Assembly (NCBI GenBank): GCA_045863395.1
Contig: BTVJ01000026.1
Coordinates: 11,593-75,592 of the forward strand
Length of the DNA stretch: 64,000 nt
Origin: Myxococcales bacterium
Lineage (GTDB): Bacteria; Myxococcota_A; UBA9042; JABWCM01; BTVJ01
Reading direction: 5' to 3'
Every line of letters starts with the position of its first letter. Positions within the stretch are counted from its first letter, which is position 1. Both the position numbers and the translations under genes were made by a program. Below are positions 27,755-36,868 of the stretch, piece after piece. Below the pieces are notes generated by a model. It was not told the origin of the DNA, searched no databases, and saw nothing but the letters and a program-made list of their open reading frames with translations.

Positions 27755-29140
27755 GTGCGAGCGAACGACCTGCGCTATCATCGCGGCTCGCGTGCCTCGA
27801 AGGTCCTCAGGAGTGCATCGGGCTTGGAGCCTCCCAACGAAGCCATACTGATCGCCATTCTGATCGTCCTCTCGTCCCTCTTCTCCGGCTCGGAGACGGC
27901 GCTCACCTCGTTTGGGGAGACGCGCATCGCCCGCATGTTGGAGACGCTCAAGGCGAAGGGACGCCGGCACCGCATCCTGGAGCTGTGGCACACGAACCCG
28001 AACCGCGTGCTCACCGCCGTCCTCGTCGGCAACAACCTCGTGAACATCGCCGCGTCCGCCCTCGCGACGGACCTCAGCTACCAGCTCGTGACCGGGGGCG
28101 ACCCGGGGCACGGGGGGGAGGCCGCCCTCGCCCTCGCCGTGGGCGTCATGACCTTTGTCACGCTGGTGTTCGGCGAGATCGTCCCCAAGACCTTCGCCAA
28201 GCACAACCCGGAGCGCTTCGTGGGGCTCCTGCACGTCCTGACCTTCTTCTACTGGCTCCTCTACGTGCCGACCGTGATCCTGGAGCGCCTCTCGCGCTTC
28301 ATGGTGCACATGGTCGGCGGGTCGGTGGCGAAGGAGGGGCCGTCCGTCACCGACGAGGACATCGAGGACCTGATCAAGCTCGGCGGGCGCGAGGGCGCCT
28401 TCGACGAGCACAAGGGGGAGCTGCTCAACAGCGTGCTCGACTTCGCGGACACCCTCGTCCGGGAGGTGCTCGTCCCGCGCACCGACGTCATCGGCTTCGA
28501 GGTCAACGACCCCTTCGAGAAGGTGGTCGCCGTCACCAAGGAGCAGCAGTTCTCGCGCTACCCCGTCTACGAGGAGACCGTGGATCACATCGTCGGGGTG
28601 TTCCACGTCAAGGACATGCTGGACAAGCTCGAGGGCGACCAGATTACGCAGTTCAACCTGCGGGACCTGATGCGGGCCCCCATCTACGTGCCGGAGACGA
28701 AGCGCATCAGCGAGCTGATGCGGGAGCTCCAGCGTAACAAGGTCCACCTGGCGGTCGTGGTGGACGAGTTTGGAGGGACCGCGGGCATCGTGACCATCGA
28801 GGACATCATCGAGGAGATCTTCGGAGAGATCTACGATGAGACCGACGACGAGGAGGAGCCCGAGATCCAGGAGATGCCCGACGGGACGTGGGTCGCGGAC
28901 GCGCGCATGAGCATCAAGGACCTGGAAGACATGATGGGCCTCGACTTCCCGGACGAGTCGGACTACGAGACACTCGGTGGCTTCATCATCATGCACGCGG
29001 GCAAGGTGCCGGAGGTCAGCGAGGTGGTGCGCTGGAATGGGCTCCTCTTCACCGTGGCCGATGGTGACAGCACCAGGGTGTCCCGCGTCGTGATCTCTCG
29101 CTACGAGGGCGAGGGCAGCGGAGCCGATCCTACCGTTTGA
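27755..29140 (+). CDS. CNNM/CorC/HlyC-family membrane protein (DUF21 transmembrane + CBS pair + CorC_HlyC)
   Basis: N-terminal TM region (NEAILIAILIVLSSLFSGSETALTS), CBS-pair region, C-terminal transporter-associated domain (IEEIFGEIYDETDDEE…). Exact start uncertain. Confidence 0.9.
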   Translation: MRANDLRYHRGSRASKVLRSASGLEPPNEAILIAILIVLSSLFSGSETALTSFGETRIARMLETLKAKGRRHRILELWHTNPNRVLTAVLVGNNLVNIAASALATDLSYQLVTGGDPGHGGEAALALAVGVMTFVTLVFGEIVPKTFAKHNPERFVGLLHVLTFFYWLLYVPTVILERLSRFMVHMVGGSVAKEGPSVTDEDIEDLIKLGGREGAFDEHKGELLNSVLDFADTLVREVLVPRTDVIGFEVNDPFEKVVAVTKEQQFSRYPVYEETVDHIVGVFHVKDMLDKLEGDQITQFNLRDLMRAPIYVPETKRISELMRELQRNKVHLAVVVDEFGGTAGIVTIEDIIEEIFGEIYDETDDEEEPEIQEMPDGTWVADARMSIKDLEDMMGLDFPDESDYETLGGFIIMHAGKVPEVSEVVRWNGLLFTVADGDSTRVSRVVISRYEGEGSGADPTV

Positions 29141-29277
29141 CAGGTCCACGGCTCAAGGGTAACATCGCGCGCCGGCTTTCCGGAAGGGCCCGATCCGTCA
29201 AGAGCAGCGCCGGTCTTCGGCGCGCGGAGCGGCACGGGACAGCAAGGCCGGAAAGCACACCCGAGATGGAGGCTCTC

Positions 29278-31218
29278 ATGAAGGCGATGACGAAAAGGAG
29301 CGTGGTGCGTTGGTGCCTCGCGGCCCTTCTGACCGCGGCATTGGCGGTCGGTGGATGCAAGAAGGACCCGCCCGCCGCGCCTGCCGAGGCGCCCAAGGCG
29401 GGGGAGACCAAGGCGCCTGAGAAGGGCGGTGAGGCCAAGGCCCCCGAGAAGGGCGGCGAGGCCAAGGCCCCCGAGAAGGGCGGCGAGGCCAAGGCCCCCG
29501 AGAAGGCCCCTGACAAGGCCGGCGACGAGCGCCCCGCGGTGCCCGCCACGGTGTCGGTCCCCGATGGAGTGATCCTCTACGGTGGCATCAAGAGCCTCGA
29601 CGATCTGACCGCCCGCATCTCATCCGTCGTCGACAAGGTCAAGCCCATGCCCGGTCTGGGCATGGTGATCACCGGCGCCCTGAGCAAGGAGCTCGGCCTG
29701 TCGAGCATGGACTGGCTCGACACGTCCAAGCCCGCGCGCTTCGCGGTGTGGAACCCGAAGGAGGGCGGCCAGCCGCTGGTGATGGCCTTCCCCATGAAGT
29801 CACGGGAGGCTTTCGAGAAGGCGCTCCCGGAGGCGCGCGAGTCGGGAGCCGAGGGCAACGCGTTCAAGTACCAGGCTGGCATGAAGGACGCCTTCGTGAA
29901 CTTCGCCGGGGACTACGCGCTCCTGGCCCGGGACGCCAAGGCGTATGACCGCCTCAAGGGCTTCGCCGAGGGTGGCCTTGCGGCCTACAAGCCCAACGAC
30001 GCCTTCGAGATCACCATCGCGGTGGGCAACCTGACCCGCATCTTCAGCGACGAGCTCAAGCAGGCTCGCGGCGAGATGGCGAAGCTGATGGCCAGCGACA
30101 TGGCCATGTCACCCTTCGCCGGCTCGGCGGCGAGCATGAACACGCAGATCGATCTGATGTTCGACCTGCTCGACCAGCTCGACCAGGCGACCATCTCTGC
30201 CCGCATCGACGGTGACCACGTCAAGATGCCGTTCGCGCTGAAGGCGAAGGACGGCTCCTCCATGGCGAAGTTCTTCGACGCGACCCGCGACCGCAAGCTG
30301 ACGCTGCTCGACTACGTGCCTGCCGGCTCCTACCTGGTGGTCGGGGCGAGCATGGACCCCGCGGGCTTCGGCGAGTGGAACGAGCTCGGCATGAAGATGA
30401 TCGCGGAGATGTTCAAGCTGACCGGCGAGGAGAAGGCCAAGCTCGACACGCTCATGAAGGGCGCCATGGCGGCGCAGACGGGCGAGTCGGTCTTCGCGCT
30501 CTACAAGGACGGCGCCCTGGCCCTGTCCATGCTCGCGGTCGGCGGTGCGACGGACGGCAAGAAGCTCCGTGACCTGTCCTACGAGATGTATGGCATGCTC
30601 TGGACCAAGGTCGTCGACCTGATCAAGGCCGAGGCCGGCGCCGAGCTGCCCCCGGAGTTCGACCTGTCGAGCTTCAGCAAGGCCATCGAGAGCCTGGCCG
30701 CCGTCGCGGAGCCCCTCGGCGTCACCGTGAAGGTGGCGACCGAGGAGTACAACGGCGCCACCATCGACAGCATCGCGATCACTATCGACTATGCGCGGTT
30801 CCCCCTGGCTCAGGAGGACGCCGAGGCTGCCGCGGTCATGAAGGCCATCGTCGGCGACAAGATCGTGCTTGCGGCAGGCTACGGCAAGGAGCGCTACGGC
30901 ATGGCCATGGGCCCCGACGCGGTCGCGCGGGTCAAGGACGTCGTCGACGGCAAGAAGGGCGCCACGCCGGTCGCCATCAAAACCGCCGTGGAGCACGGGG
31001 TGCCCGGGGCGTCCATGCTGTTCTACCTGTCCGCGGTGGACGGCCTCAAGGCGTTCGCGGCCCTGCCCCAGCTCCAGCCCATGAGCGACACCATCCGCGG
31101 CATGTCTGCGGCGAGCGGCGCGGCGTTCAGCTTCGGCTCGGCGAGCGGCGGTGGCCTGTCCGCGGTCATCGACGTGCCGATGAGCCACGTGCAAGAGGTC
31201 CTGAAGCTCCAGCGCTAG
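29278..31218 (+). CDS. Lipoprotein with KAPEKGGEA tandem repeats, function unknown
   Basis: GGAGG 8 nt before ATG 29278; MKAMTKRSVVRWCLAALLTAALAVGGC (lipobox V-G-G-C). Confidence 0.65.
   Translation: MKAMTKRSVVRWCLAALLTAALAVGGCKKDPPAAPAEAPKAGETKAPEKGGEAKAPEKGGEAKAPEKGGEAKAPEKAPDKAGDERPAVPATVSVPDGVILYGGIKSLDDLTARISSVVDKVKPMPGLGMVITGALSKELGLSSMDWLDTSKPARFAVWNPKEGGQPLVMAFPMKSREAFEKALPEARESGAEGNAFKYQAGMKDAFVNFAGDYALLARDAKAYDRLKGFAEGGLAAYKPNDAFEITIAVGNLTRIFSDELKQARGEMAKLMASDMAMSPFAGSAASMNTQIDLMFDLLDQLDQATISARIDGDHVKMPFALKAKDGSSMAKFFDATRDRKLTLLDYVPAGSYLVVGASMDPAGFGEWNELGMKMIAEMFKLTGEEKAKLDTLMKGAMAAQTGESVFALYKDGALALSMLAVGGATDGKKLRDLSYEMYGMLWTKVVDLIKAEAGAELPPEFDLSSFSKAIESLAAVAEPLGVTVKVATEEYNGATIDSIAITIDYARFPLAQEDAEAAAVMKAIVGDKIVLAAGYGKERYGMAMGPDAVARVKDVVDGKKGATPVAIKTAVEHGVPGASMLFYLSAVDGLKAFAALPQLQPMSDTIRGMSAASGAAFSFGSASGGGLSAVIDVPMSHVQEVLKLQR
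29410..29508 (+). repeat. 27-bp tandem repeat, 3 full copies plus 1 partial, in frame (KAPEKGGEA) inside the lipoprotein gene
   Basis: aaggcgcctgagaagggcggtgaggcc followed by two near-identical copies and a truncated copy. Confidence 0.9.
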
Positions 31219-32074
31219 CCCGCCCCGCCCACCAGACGACCCCCGCCCCGACCAGGGCGGCCAGCGCCACCCACTGGGAGGTCGAGAGCGGCCCCCAGTG
31301 ACCCCGCTGGGCATCCCCCCGAAGCAGCTCGATGAGAAACCGGGCCGTCGCGTACAGGGCGACCCACGCCGCGAGCACCTCGCCGTGGAAGCGCTTGTTC
31401 GCGCGCACGCGCAGGAGCAGGCCGAACAGCAGCAGCTCCACGGCCGCCTCGTAGAGCTGTGTCGGGTGGATCGGGCCTCCGAGGAGCCAGGCCTCCGAGC
31501 CAGGCGGGAACGTCACGCCCCAGGGGAGGTCGGTCCTACAGCCGTAGCAGCAGCCCGCCAGGTAGCACCCGATGCGTCCGAAGACGTGGGCGAGGGCGAC
31601 GCTCGGGACGAGGGTGTCCGAGAGCAGCCCGAAGCCTGCCCGGTGCCGCAGTGAGAAGCGCCACAGGACCAGGGCAGCCGCCGCGACCCCGCCGTAGAAC
31701 ACGAAGCCGCCTCGCCACAGCTCCAGGGCAGCAGTGCAGTTCCGGACGGTCGCGCAGGTGCCGGCGTCGCAGACCTGCAGGTCGGGGCATGCCCCGAGCG
31801 GCGTGCATGGGATTGAGGGCAGCGCATCTTGCGGGTCGAAGCACAGGTCGTAGAAGAACTCCCATCGAACGGCCAGGAACGCGAGGCGCGAGCCGACGAT
31901 GGCGGCCATCATCAGCCAGAACATCAGGTCGATGACCGCCCCGCGGTCGAGGCCGACGCGCGGCGCCTCCCGGCCCGCCACGGAGAGGGCCGCCAGGTAG
32001 CCGAGAGCGATCATCACGCCGTAGGCGGGGAGGACGATCCCGATGCCCGTACCCGCAAGCAGGTCAGGGTGCAT
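31166..32074 (-). CDS. lgt: Prolipoprotein diacylglyceryl transferase Lgt
   Basis: Lgt signature motifs GRIGCYLAGCCYG and HPTQLYEA. Start taken at ATG 32074 (MHPDLLAGTGIGIVLPAYG). Carries a Cys-rich insert (CFDPQDALPSIPCTPLGACPDLQVCDAGTCATVRNC). 3' end overlaps the convergent lipoprotein gene by about 50 nt. Confidence 0.85.
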   Translation of the reverse strand: MHPDLLAGTGIGIVLPAYGVMIALGYLAALSVAGREAPRVGLDRGAVIDLMFWLMMAAIVGSRLAFLAVRWEFFYDLCFDPQDALPSIPCTPLGACPDLQVCDAGTCATVRNCTAALELWRGGFVFYGGVAAAALVLWRFSLRHRAGFGLLSDTLVPSVALAHVFGRIGCYLAGCCYGCRTDLPWGVTFPPGSEAWLLGGPIHPTQLYEAAVELLLFGLLLRVRANKRFHGEVLAAWVALYATARFLIELLRGDAQRGHWGPLSTSQWVALAALVGAGVVWWAGRASAGASGPLARGSSARR

Positions 32075-32193
32075 GGGGGCGACCGGGGGGCCCGGACACG
32101 TCGGGGTGGGAGACGGGGCGGACACTCCGGGCCAGGCGCATGTGCCATGGGTTGGGCAGGTGTCTCACGCCGGGAGAGGACAGCATCTGCGGC

Positions 32194-33231
32194 TCACACG
32201 CCCGTGCGCGCCACCTCGGGCTTCTCGGCCTCGCGGAACAAGGTGCTGTTCTTCTTCAAGAGCATCTCGTAGAGGAGGAAGCCGACCCCGACGGTGATGC
32301 CGATGTCCGCGATGTTGTAGGTGGGCCAGTGGGTGTTGCCCACGTAGTTGTCGATGAAGTCGATGACGTAGTTGAAGCGCATGCGGTCGATGAAGTTGCC
32401 GATGGCTCCCCCGAGGATCGCCGAGAAGGCGACGGTCGCCAGGCGCTGGTTGGGCTCCAGCCGCACCACGACGACGAGGATCACGACCGCCGCAATGAGG
32501 GAGACCAGGCCGAAGAACGTCTGGCGGAAGGTCCCATGGGCCTGGGCGAGGAAGCTCCATGCTGCGCCCGGATTCTCCGCGTAGATGAGCTGGAAGAAGC
32601 CGGGGATCACGGTGAGCTTCCGCTGCGCGAGCAGGTACAGGTCGCCCTCGTTCACCTGACGATCCGCGGTGAGGCCCTGGTTGCGCGGCGGGACGGGGTA
32701 CGTGAACTCGGCCGCCACTCGCCCGGCGTCCGATGCGGAGAGGTAGGGGACCCGATCCACTAGGAAGTCCGCCAGCTTCACGTCGGACAGCACCGCCGCC
32801 ACCGCCGCCTGGCGGTCGGAGTCTGCCACGTCCGGCCGGGCAAAGGCGAGCCAGCGCTCGGCGAGGACGTGGTCCTGTCGCAGCACGCGGCGTGGCGGCA
32901 GCTCCAGGGACGAGCGAGCGAAGACGTAGTAGCCGGGCGCCCGCGCCGCGGGGTCGGTGAACACCTTGGTCTCCCCGGTCAGGCCCTTCGGGGCTGTCAG
33001 GAGCAGGACGTCCTCTGCGATGGCGGCAGACAGCGCCTCGCCGGTCAGCTCCGGGAACCGCGCCGACAGGACCGCGCCGAGCGTGCTGCCTGCCTCGCCG
33101 CTCGAGATGACGATGGGAAGAGGGTGCTCGCCGTTGGCCAGGCTCGTCTCGGCCCAGACCTTCGTCCATTGATCCAGGCCGACGGTCACTGCGACGACGA
33201 GGACCAGGGTGACGTACTTCTTTGTGTTCAT
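32194..33231 (-). CDS. lspA: Lipoprotein signal peptidase II (LspA) with a roughly 165-aa insertion after TM1
   Basis: N-terminus MNTKKYVTLVLVVAVTVGLDQWTKVW, then core motifs FFQLIYAENPGAAWSFL, GGAIGNFIDR, VIDFID, WPTYNIADIGITVG. Total 345 aa versus roughly 160-200 aa typical (from memory). Confidence 0.8.
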   Translation of the reverse strand: MNTKKYVTLVLVVAVTVGLDQWTKVWAETSLANGEHPLPIVISSGEAGSTLGAVLSARFPELTGEALSAAIAEDVLLLTAPKGLTGETKVFTDPAARAPGYYVFARSSLELPPRRVLRQDHVLAERWLAFARPDVADSDRQAAVAAVLSDVKLADFLVDRVPYLSASDAGRVAAEFTYPVPPRNQGLTADRQVNEGDLYLLAQRKLTVIPGFFQLIYAENPGAAWSFLAQAHGTFRQTFFGLVSLIAAVVILVVVVRLEPNQRLATVAFSAILGGAIGNFIDRMRFNYVIDFIDNYVGNTHWPTYNIADIGITVGVGFLLYEMLLKKNSTLFREAEKPEVARTGV

Positions 33232-33312
33232 CGCGGGTGCGTCCTCGCGGCGTCGGGAGGGCGGTACGTTACCCGGTGAGGGCGCGGATGTCCAACGGCG
33301 GTAGGCCCCAGC

Positions 33313-33927
33313 TCACCGCGGCGGCGAGGTCTCGGCGCGGATCCTCTCCATGAGCTCCGAGTAGGACGTGTTCTCGACGATGGTGGCGATCTGGATCTGG
33401 TAGCGCTCCAGCAGGTCGGACCGCCCGCGGCGCCGGGCGTCGTCGAGCGCCTTGTGGAGCGTGATGAAGGCGCGCTCCGTGTTCACGAAGTACTCCACTC
33501 CCATCAGGGTCACGATCATGGCGCTGCCCGTGATGCTGCGCGACGAGTGGCTGAACTCGAAGGTCCGGCCCCGGGAGTTCTGCAGGCCCAGCACGACGGC
33601 GCCCACGGCATCGCTGCCCGCCCTCTCACGACGGGTGTCCAGCCGCGCCTCCACACGGAAGGTCGAGAACTGGATGCTGTTCAGCGAAGGGTACCGCTTG
33701 CCCAGCTCCTTCTGGAGGGCGTGGAAGACGGCATCGACGAAGCCCACGCCTTCTCCCCTGATCTCCAGCTGCGTCTTGGTCGGGTGCTTGTGCAGGGAGC
33801 AGGAGACGGTGCACTTGCCCGTGTCCACGTCCTCCTCCAGCACGAAGCGGTCGACGCGCAGGTCGAGGTACTGGTCTCCCAGCACCTCGCGGACGAGCTG
33901 CACTGTGGCCTCCATGGCTTGGTTCAT
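33313..33927 (-). CDS. Hypothetical cytoplasmic protein (possible small regulatory alpha/beta domain)
   Basis: AGGAGG RBS before ATG 33927 (MNQAMEATVQLVREVL…); balanced composition; no confident family. Confidence 0.55.
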   Translation of the reverse strand: MNQAMEATVQLVREVLGDQYLDLRVDRFVLEEDVDTGKCTVSCSLHKHPTKTQLEIRGEGVGFVDAVFHALQKELGKRYPSLNSIQFSTFRVEARLDTRRERAGSDAVGAVVLGLQNSRGRTFEFSHSSRSITGSAMIVTLMGVEYFVNTERAFITLHKALDDARRRGRSDLLERYQIQIATIVENTSYSELMERIRAETSPPR

Positions 33928-34279
33928 GGGGTGTTCCTCCTGGCTGTCAGGGATGCGAGAGCGAGCTGGGTGGCACCCGCCGTGGGGGGTGCCTGGTGCC
34001 CGTCGCGGAGTCGGCACAGTCACGCGGGCACGAGCCCGCACCGATCAACAGTAGCACAACGGTGGAGCGCCGGCTGTGAATTCCTGGTTCGTAAATGAGG
34101 CCACGCGCTGGCCGCCCAGACGTGGGGGAGGGCGCTCCCGACCAGCAACCACGGCGTTTTGTTGACGATTCTGGGGGATTCTGCTAGAGCGAGGGGCGCA
34201 CGTCGTGTTCCGTGCAGTTCCCGGCAATGCCTGCGCGAGCCCTCGGGTACCGGTTGCGGCAGGCGCCACAGGAGATCGC

Positions 34280-34627
34280 ATGCTGAGGTCCACGCCGATC
34301 CGTCTTCTCCGCGCTGCCCTGGTGGGTTGCCTGCTGGCCTTGGCGGCCTGCGGCCCCATCCAGTCGGCGCAGGCGATCCGGGAGGGGCAGAAGTCGCTCG
34401 AGACGGCGCGCCTCGCCGAGGCGGAGCAGCTTGCTCCCTACCACTTCCATCGGGCACTCGCGTACCTGGAGATGGCCAAGCGGAAGTCGGGCTTCTCGGA
34501 GTTCGAGGTCTCACAGGAGTACGCCAAGGTCGCCAAGGTGGCGGCTGACCAGGCGGTGGTCAACGCCAGGAAGCGCCAGGCGCTCAAGCTCATCCTGGAG
34601 CAGCGTCGCCTCAAGGGGGCCCCATGA
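34280..34627 (+). CDS. Small lipoprotein (DUF4398-like; this family is often found upstream of OmpA-family genes)
   Basis: GGAGA RBS; MLRSTPIRLLRAALVGCLLALAAC (lipobox L-A-A-C); stop overlaps the ATG of the next gene (ATGA). Confidence 0.55.
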   Translation: MLRSTPIRLLRAALVGCLLALAACGPIQSAQAIREGQKSLETARLAEAEQLAPYHFHRALAYLEMAKRKSGFSEFEVSQEYAKVAKVAADQAVVNARKRQALKLILEQRRLKGAP

Positions 34628-35679
34628 GCCGCAAGCTCATTGCCTGCGCAGTGGTGTGCGTCGTTGGCGCGCTCTCCCTCGCCGGCTGTGCGACGACCGG
34701 TGACGTCCGGGCCCGCACCGACGAGATCGAGACCTTGCTGCACAAGATCCACGGGCCTGCCTCGGTGTGCATGCCCAAGCAGCTCGCCTGGTCCGAGCTG
34801 ATGGTCGACGTCTCGCGCTACGAGTCGGATCGGGGCGAGACCGTGCTGGCTGACATCCACATGCGCGAGGCATCGGACCTCGCCGCCGAGGCATGGAAGG
34901 GGTCGCGTGGCCCCGAGTGCGAGGTGGACACGGACTTCGACGGCATCGTGGACTCGAAGGACGAGTGCATCAACGACCCAGAAGACTATGACGGCATGGA
35001 GGACGAGGACGGCTGCCCGGAGGAGGACCGCGACGGCGACGGCATCTCGGATCGGCGCGACCGCTGCCCCGATCAGCCCGAGGACCGGGACGGCTGGCAG
35101 GACGAGGACGGCTGCCCCGACCCGGACAACGACGGCGACGGCATCCTCGACGGGAAGGACCAGTGCCCCAACGAGCCCGAGGACAAGGACGGCTGGCAGG
35201 ACGAGGACGGCTGCCCCGACCCGGACAACGATGGGGACGGGATCCCGGACCTCCAGGACCAGTGCCCGAATGAGGCGGGCGACAAGGCCAACAACGGGTG
35301 CCCGAACCGGTACAAGGACATCGAGATCGAGGGCGACCAGATCAAGCTGAAGAAGAAGGTCTTCTTCGCGACGAACAAGGCGACCATCATGCCCCAGTCC
35401 TTTGACATGCTGGGCGAGATCGCCGACGTCCTGATCAAGAACCCCAAGTGGGTCGTGCGGGTCGAGGGGCACACGGACAGCCGAGGCAATGACTCGTACA
35501 ACAAGAAGCTGTCGCAGAAGCGCTCCGAGTCCGTGCGCGCGCACCTCATCGGGCGCGGGGTCAACCCGCAGGCCATGATCGCCATCGGCTACGGCGAGGA
35601 GCAGCCCATCGGTGACAACAACACCGAGGAGGGCCGCGACATCAACCGCCGCGTCGAGTTCCACATCATCGCGAAGTAA
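34624..35679 (+). CDS. OmpA-family lipoprotein with thrombospondin type-3 calcium-binding repeats
   Basis: Lipobox L-A-G-C; repeated DxDGDGIxD / DEDGCPD motifs; C-terminal OmpA domain (KVFFATNKATIMPQSFDMLGEIADVL…GHTDSRGNDSYNKKLSQKRSESV). Confidence 0.9.
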   Translation: MSRKLIACAVVCVVGALSLAGCATTGDVRARTDEIETLLHKIHGPASVCMPKQLAWSELMVDVSRYESDRGETVLADIHMREASDLAAEAWKGSRGPECEVDTDFDGIVDSKDECINDPEDYDGMEDEDGCPEEDRDGDGISDRRDRCPDQPEDRDGWQDEDGCPDPDNDGDGILDGKDQCPNEPEDKDGWQDEDGCPDPDNDGDGIPDLQDQCPNEAGDKANNGCPNRYKDIEIEGDQIKLKKKVFFATNKATIMPQSFDMLGEIADVLIKNPKWVVRVEGHTDSRGNDSYNKKLSQKRSESVRAHLIGRGVNPQAMIAIGYGEEQPIGDNNTEEGRDINRRVEFHIIAK

Positions 35680-35747
35680 GACCGCGCGCCTCTTCGGGGC
35701 CTCCCGGCTCGAAGCAGTCCCCGGCGGAGTGGCCCCGAGGTGAGTCC

Positions 35748-36860
35748 ATGGAGACCGTCGGTCTCGGCAACATCTATCCCGTGATCATGGCTGGCGGCGC
35801 TGGGACGCGCTTCTGGCCCGTCAGCCGCCAGCTCCGGCCCAAGCAGCTCCTGCGGTTGTTTGGGGAGCGCACGCTGCTGGAGGATACGGTCGAGCGGGTG
35901 CTCCCCCTGGCCGTGCCTGAGCGTGTCGTCGTCGTTACCAGTGAGGGGATCGGGGACGAGGTGCGGCGGCTGCTGCCCGCCATCCCCGCGCAGAACGTGC
36001 TCTGTGAGCCCGCCGCGCGCAACACGGCGGCTGCGATCGGGTTCGCCGCGAGCTTCGTCGCGCGCCAGGACCCCGCGGGACTCCTCGCGGTCATGCCCAG
36101 CGACCACTTCGTGGTGGATATCCCGGCCTTCCTTCACGTCGCGCGGTCTGCGGCGATCTACGCTCAGGACGGGGCCATCGTGACCCTCGGGATCACTCCT
36201 ACGCGCCCGGAGACCGGGTACGGCTATATCCGCTTCGGAGACTATGTGCCGCCGCCCGAGGGCGATTTGCCCGAGGGGCCGGTGCAGGTGGCGCGGAGCA
36301 TCGGCGCGTTCGTGGAGAAGCCGACCCAGGCCGTGGCCCTCGGTTACCTGAAGGAGGGGCGCTATCTGTGGAACGCGGGGGTGTTCTTCTTCAGGGCCGA
36401 CGTGATCCTGGGCGAGATCGCCCGGTTTCTGCCTGAGCTGGACGAGGGCCTGAAGGCCGTGCGTGCGGCGTTGGACGCCCCAGACCCGACCGAGGCGCTC
36501 CGCGGCGTCTACCCGCGCCTGTTGTCGACGTCCATCGACTATGGGGTGATGGAGCACACGGACCGCATCGTGGTCATCCCCTCGAGCTTCGGCTGGAGCG
36601 ACGTGGGGAGCTGGCAGAGCCTGGACGACTTCCGGGAGCCGGGCGCGCCCAACGCGGTGCAGGGAGAGGTCATCGCCATCGACGCCACGGACAACGTCCT
36701 CTACGGGCACGACGGGATGGTGGTCTCAGCCGTCGGCATCGAGGGCCTGGTGGTCGCTGCTTCGAGGGACGCGGTGCTCGTGTGCCCGAAGGAGCGCTCC
36801 CAGGACGTGCGCCGCGTCGTCGAGGAGCTGCGACGCCGCGGGCTCGACAGGCTGCTGTGA
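35748..36860 (+). CDS. manC: Mannose-1-phosphate guanylyltransferase (GDP-mannose pyrophosphorylase)
   Basis: N-terminal nucleotidyltransferase motif VIMAGGAGTRFWPVSR, EPAARNTAAAI, left-handed beta-helix-like C-terminus. Confidence 0.85.
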   Translation: METVGLGNIYPVIMAGGAGTRFWPVSRQLRPKQLLRLFGERTLLEDTVERVLPLAVPERVVVVTSEGIGDEVRRLLPAIPAQNVLCEPAARNTAAAIGFAASFVARQDPAGLLAVMPSDHFVVDIPAFLHVARSAAIYAQDGAIVTLGITPTRPETGYGYIRFGDYVPPPEGDLPEGPVQVARSIGAFVEKPTQAVALGYLKEGRYLWNAGVFFFRADVILGEIARFLPELDEGLKAVRAALDAPDPTEALRGVYPRLLSTSIDYGVMEHTDRIVVIPSSFGWSDVGSWQSLDDFREPGAPNAVQGEVIAIDATDNVLYGHDGMVVSAVGIEGLVVAASRDAVLVCPKERSQDVRRVVEELRRRGLDRLL

Positions 36861-36868
36861 GGGACACC

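Noticed and set aside
26675-29149. 824-aa minus-strand ORF spanning the CorC/HlyC gene
   Set aside because: Only the 3' third (from ATG 27625) is a real gene; the rest is antisense to a well-conserved CNNM/CorC protein and has low-complexity composition.
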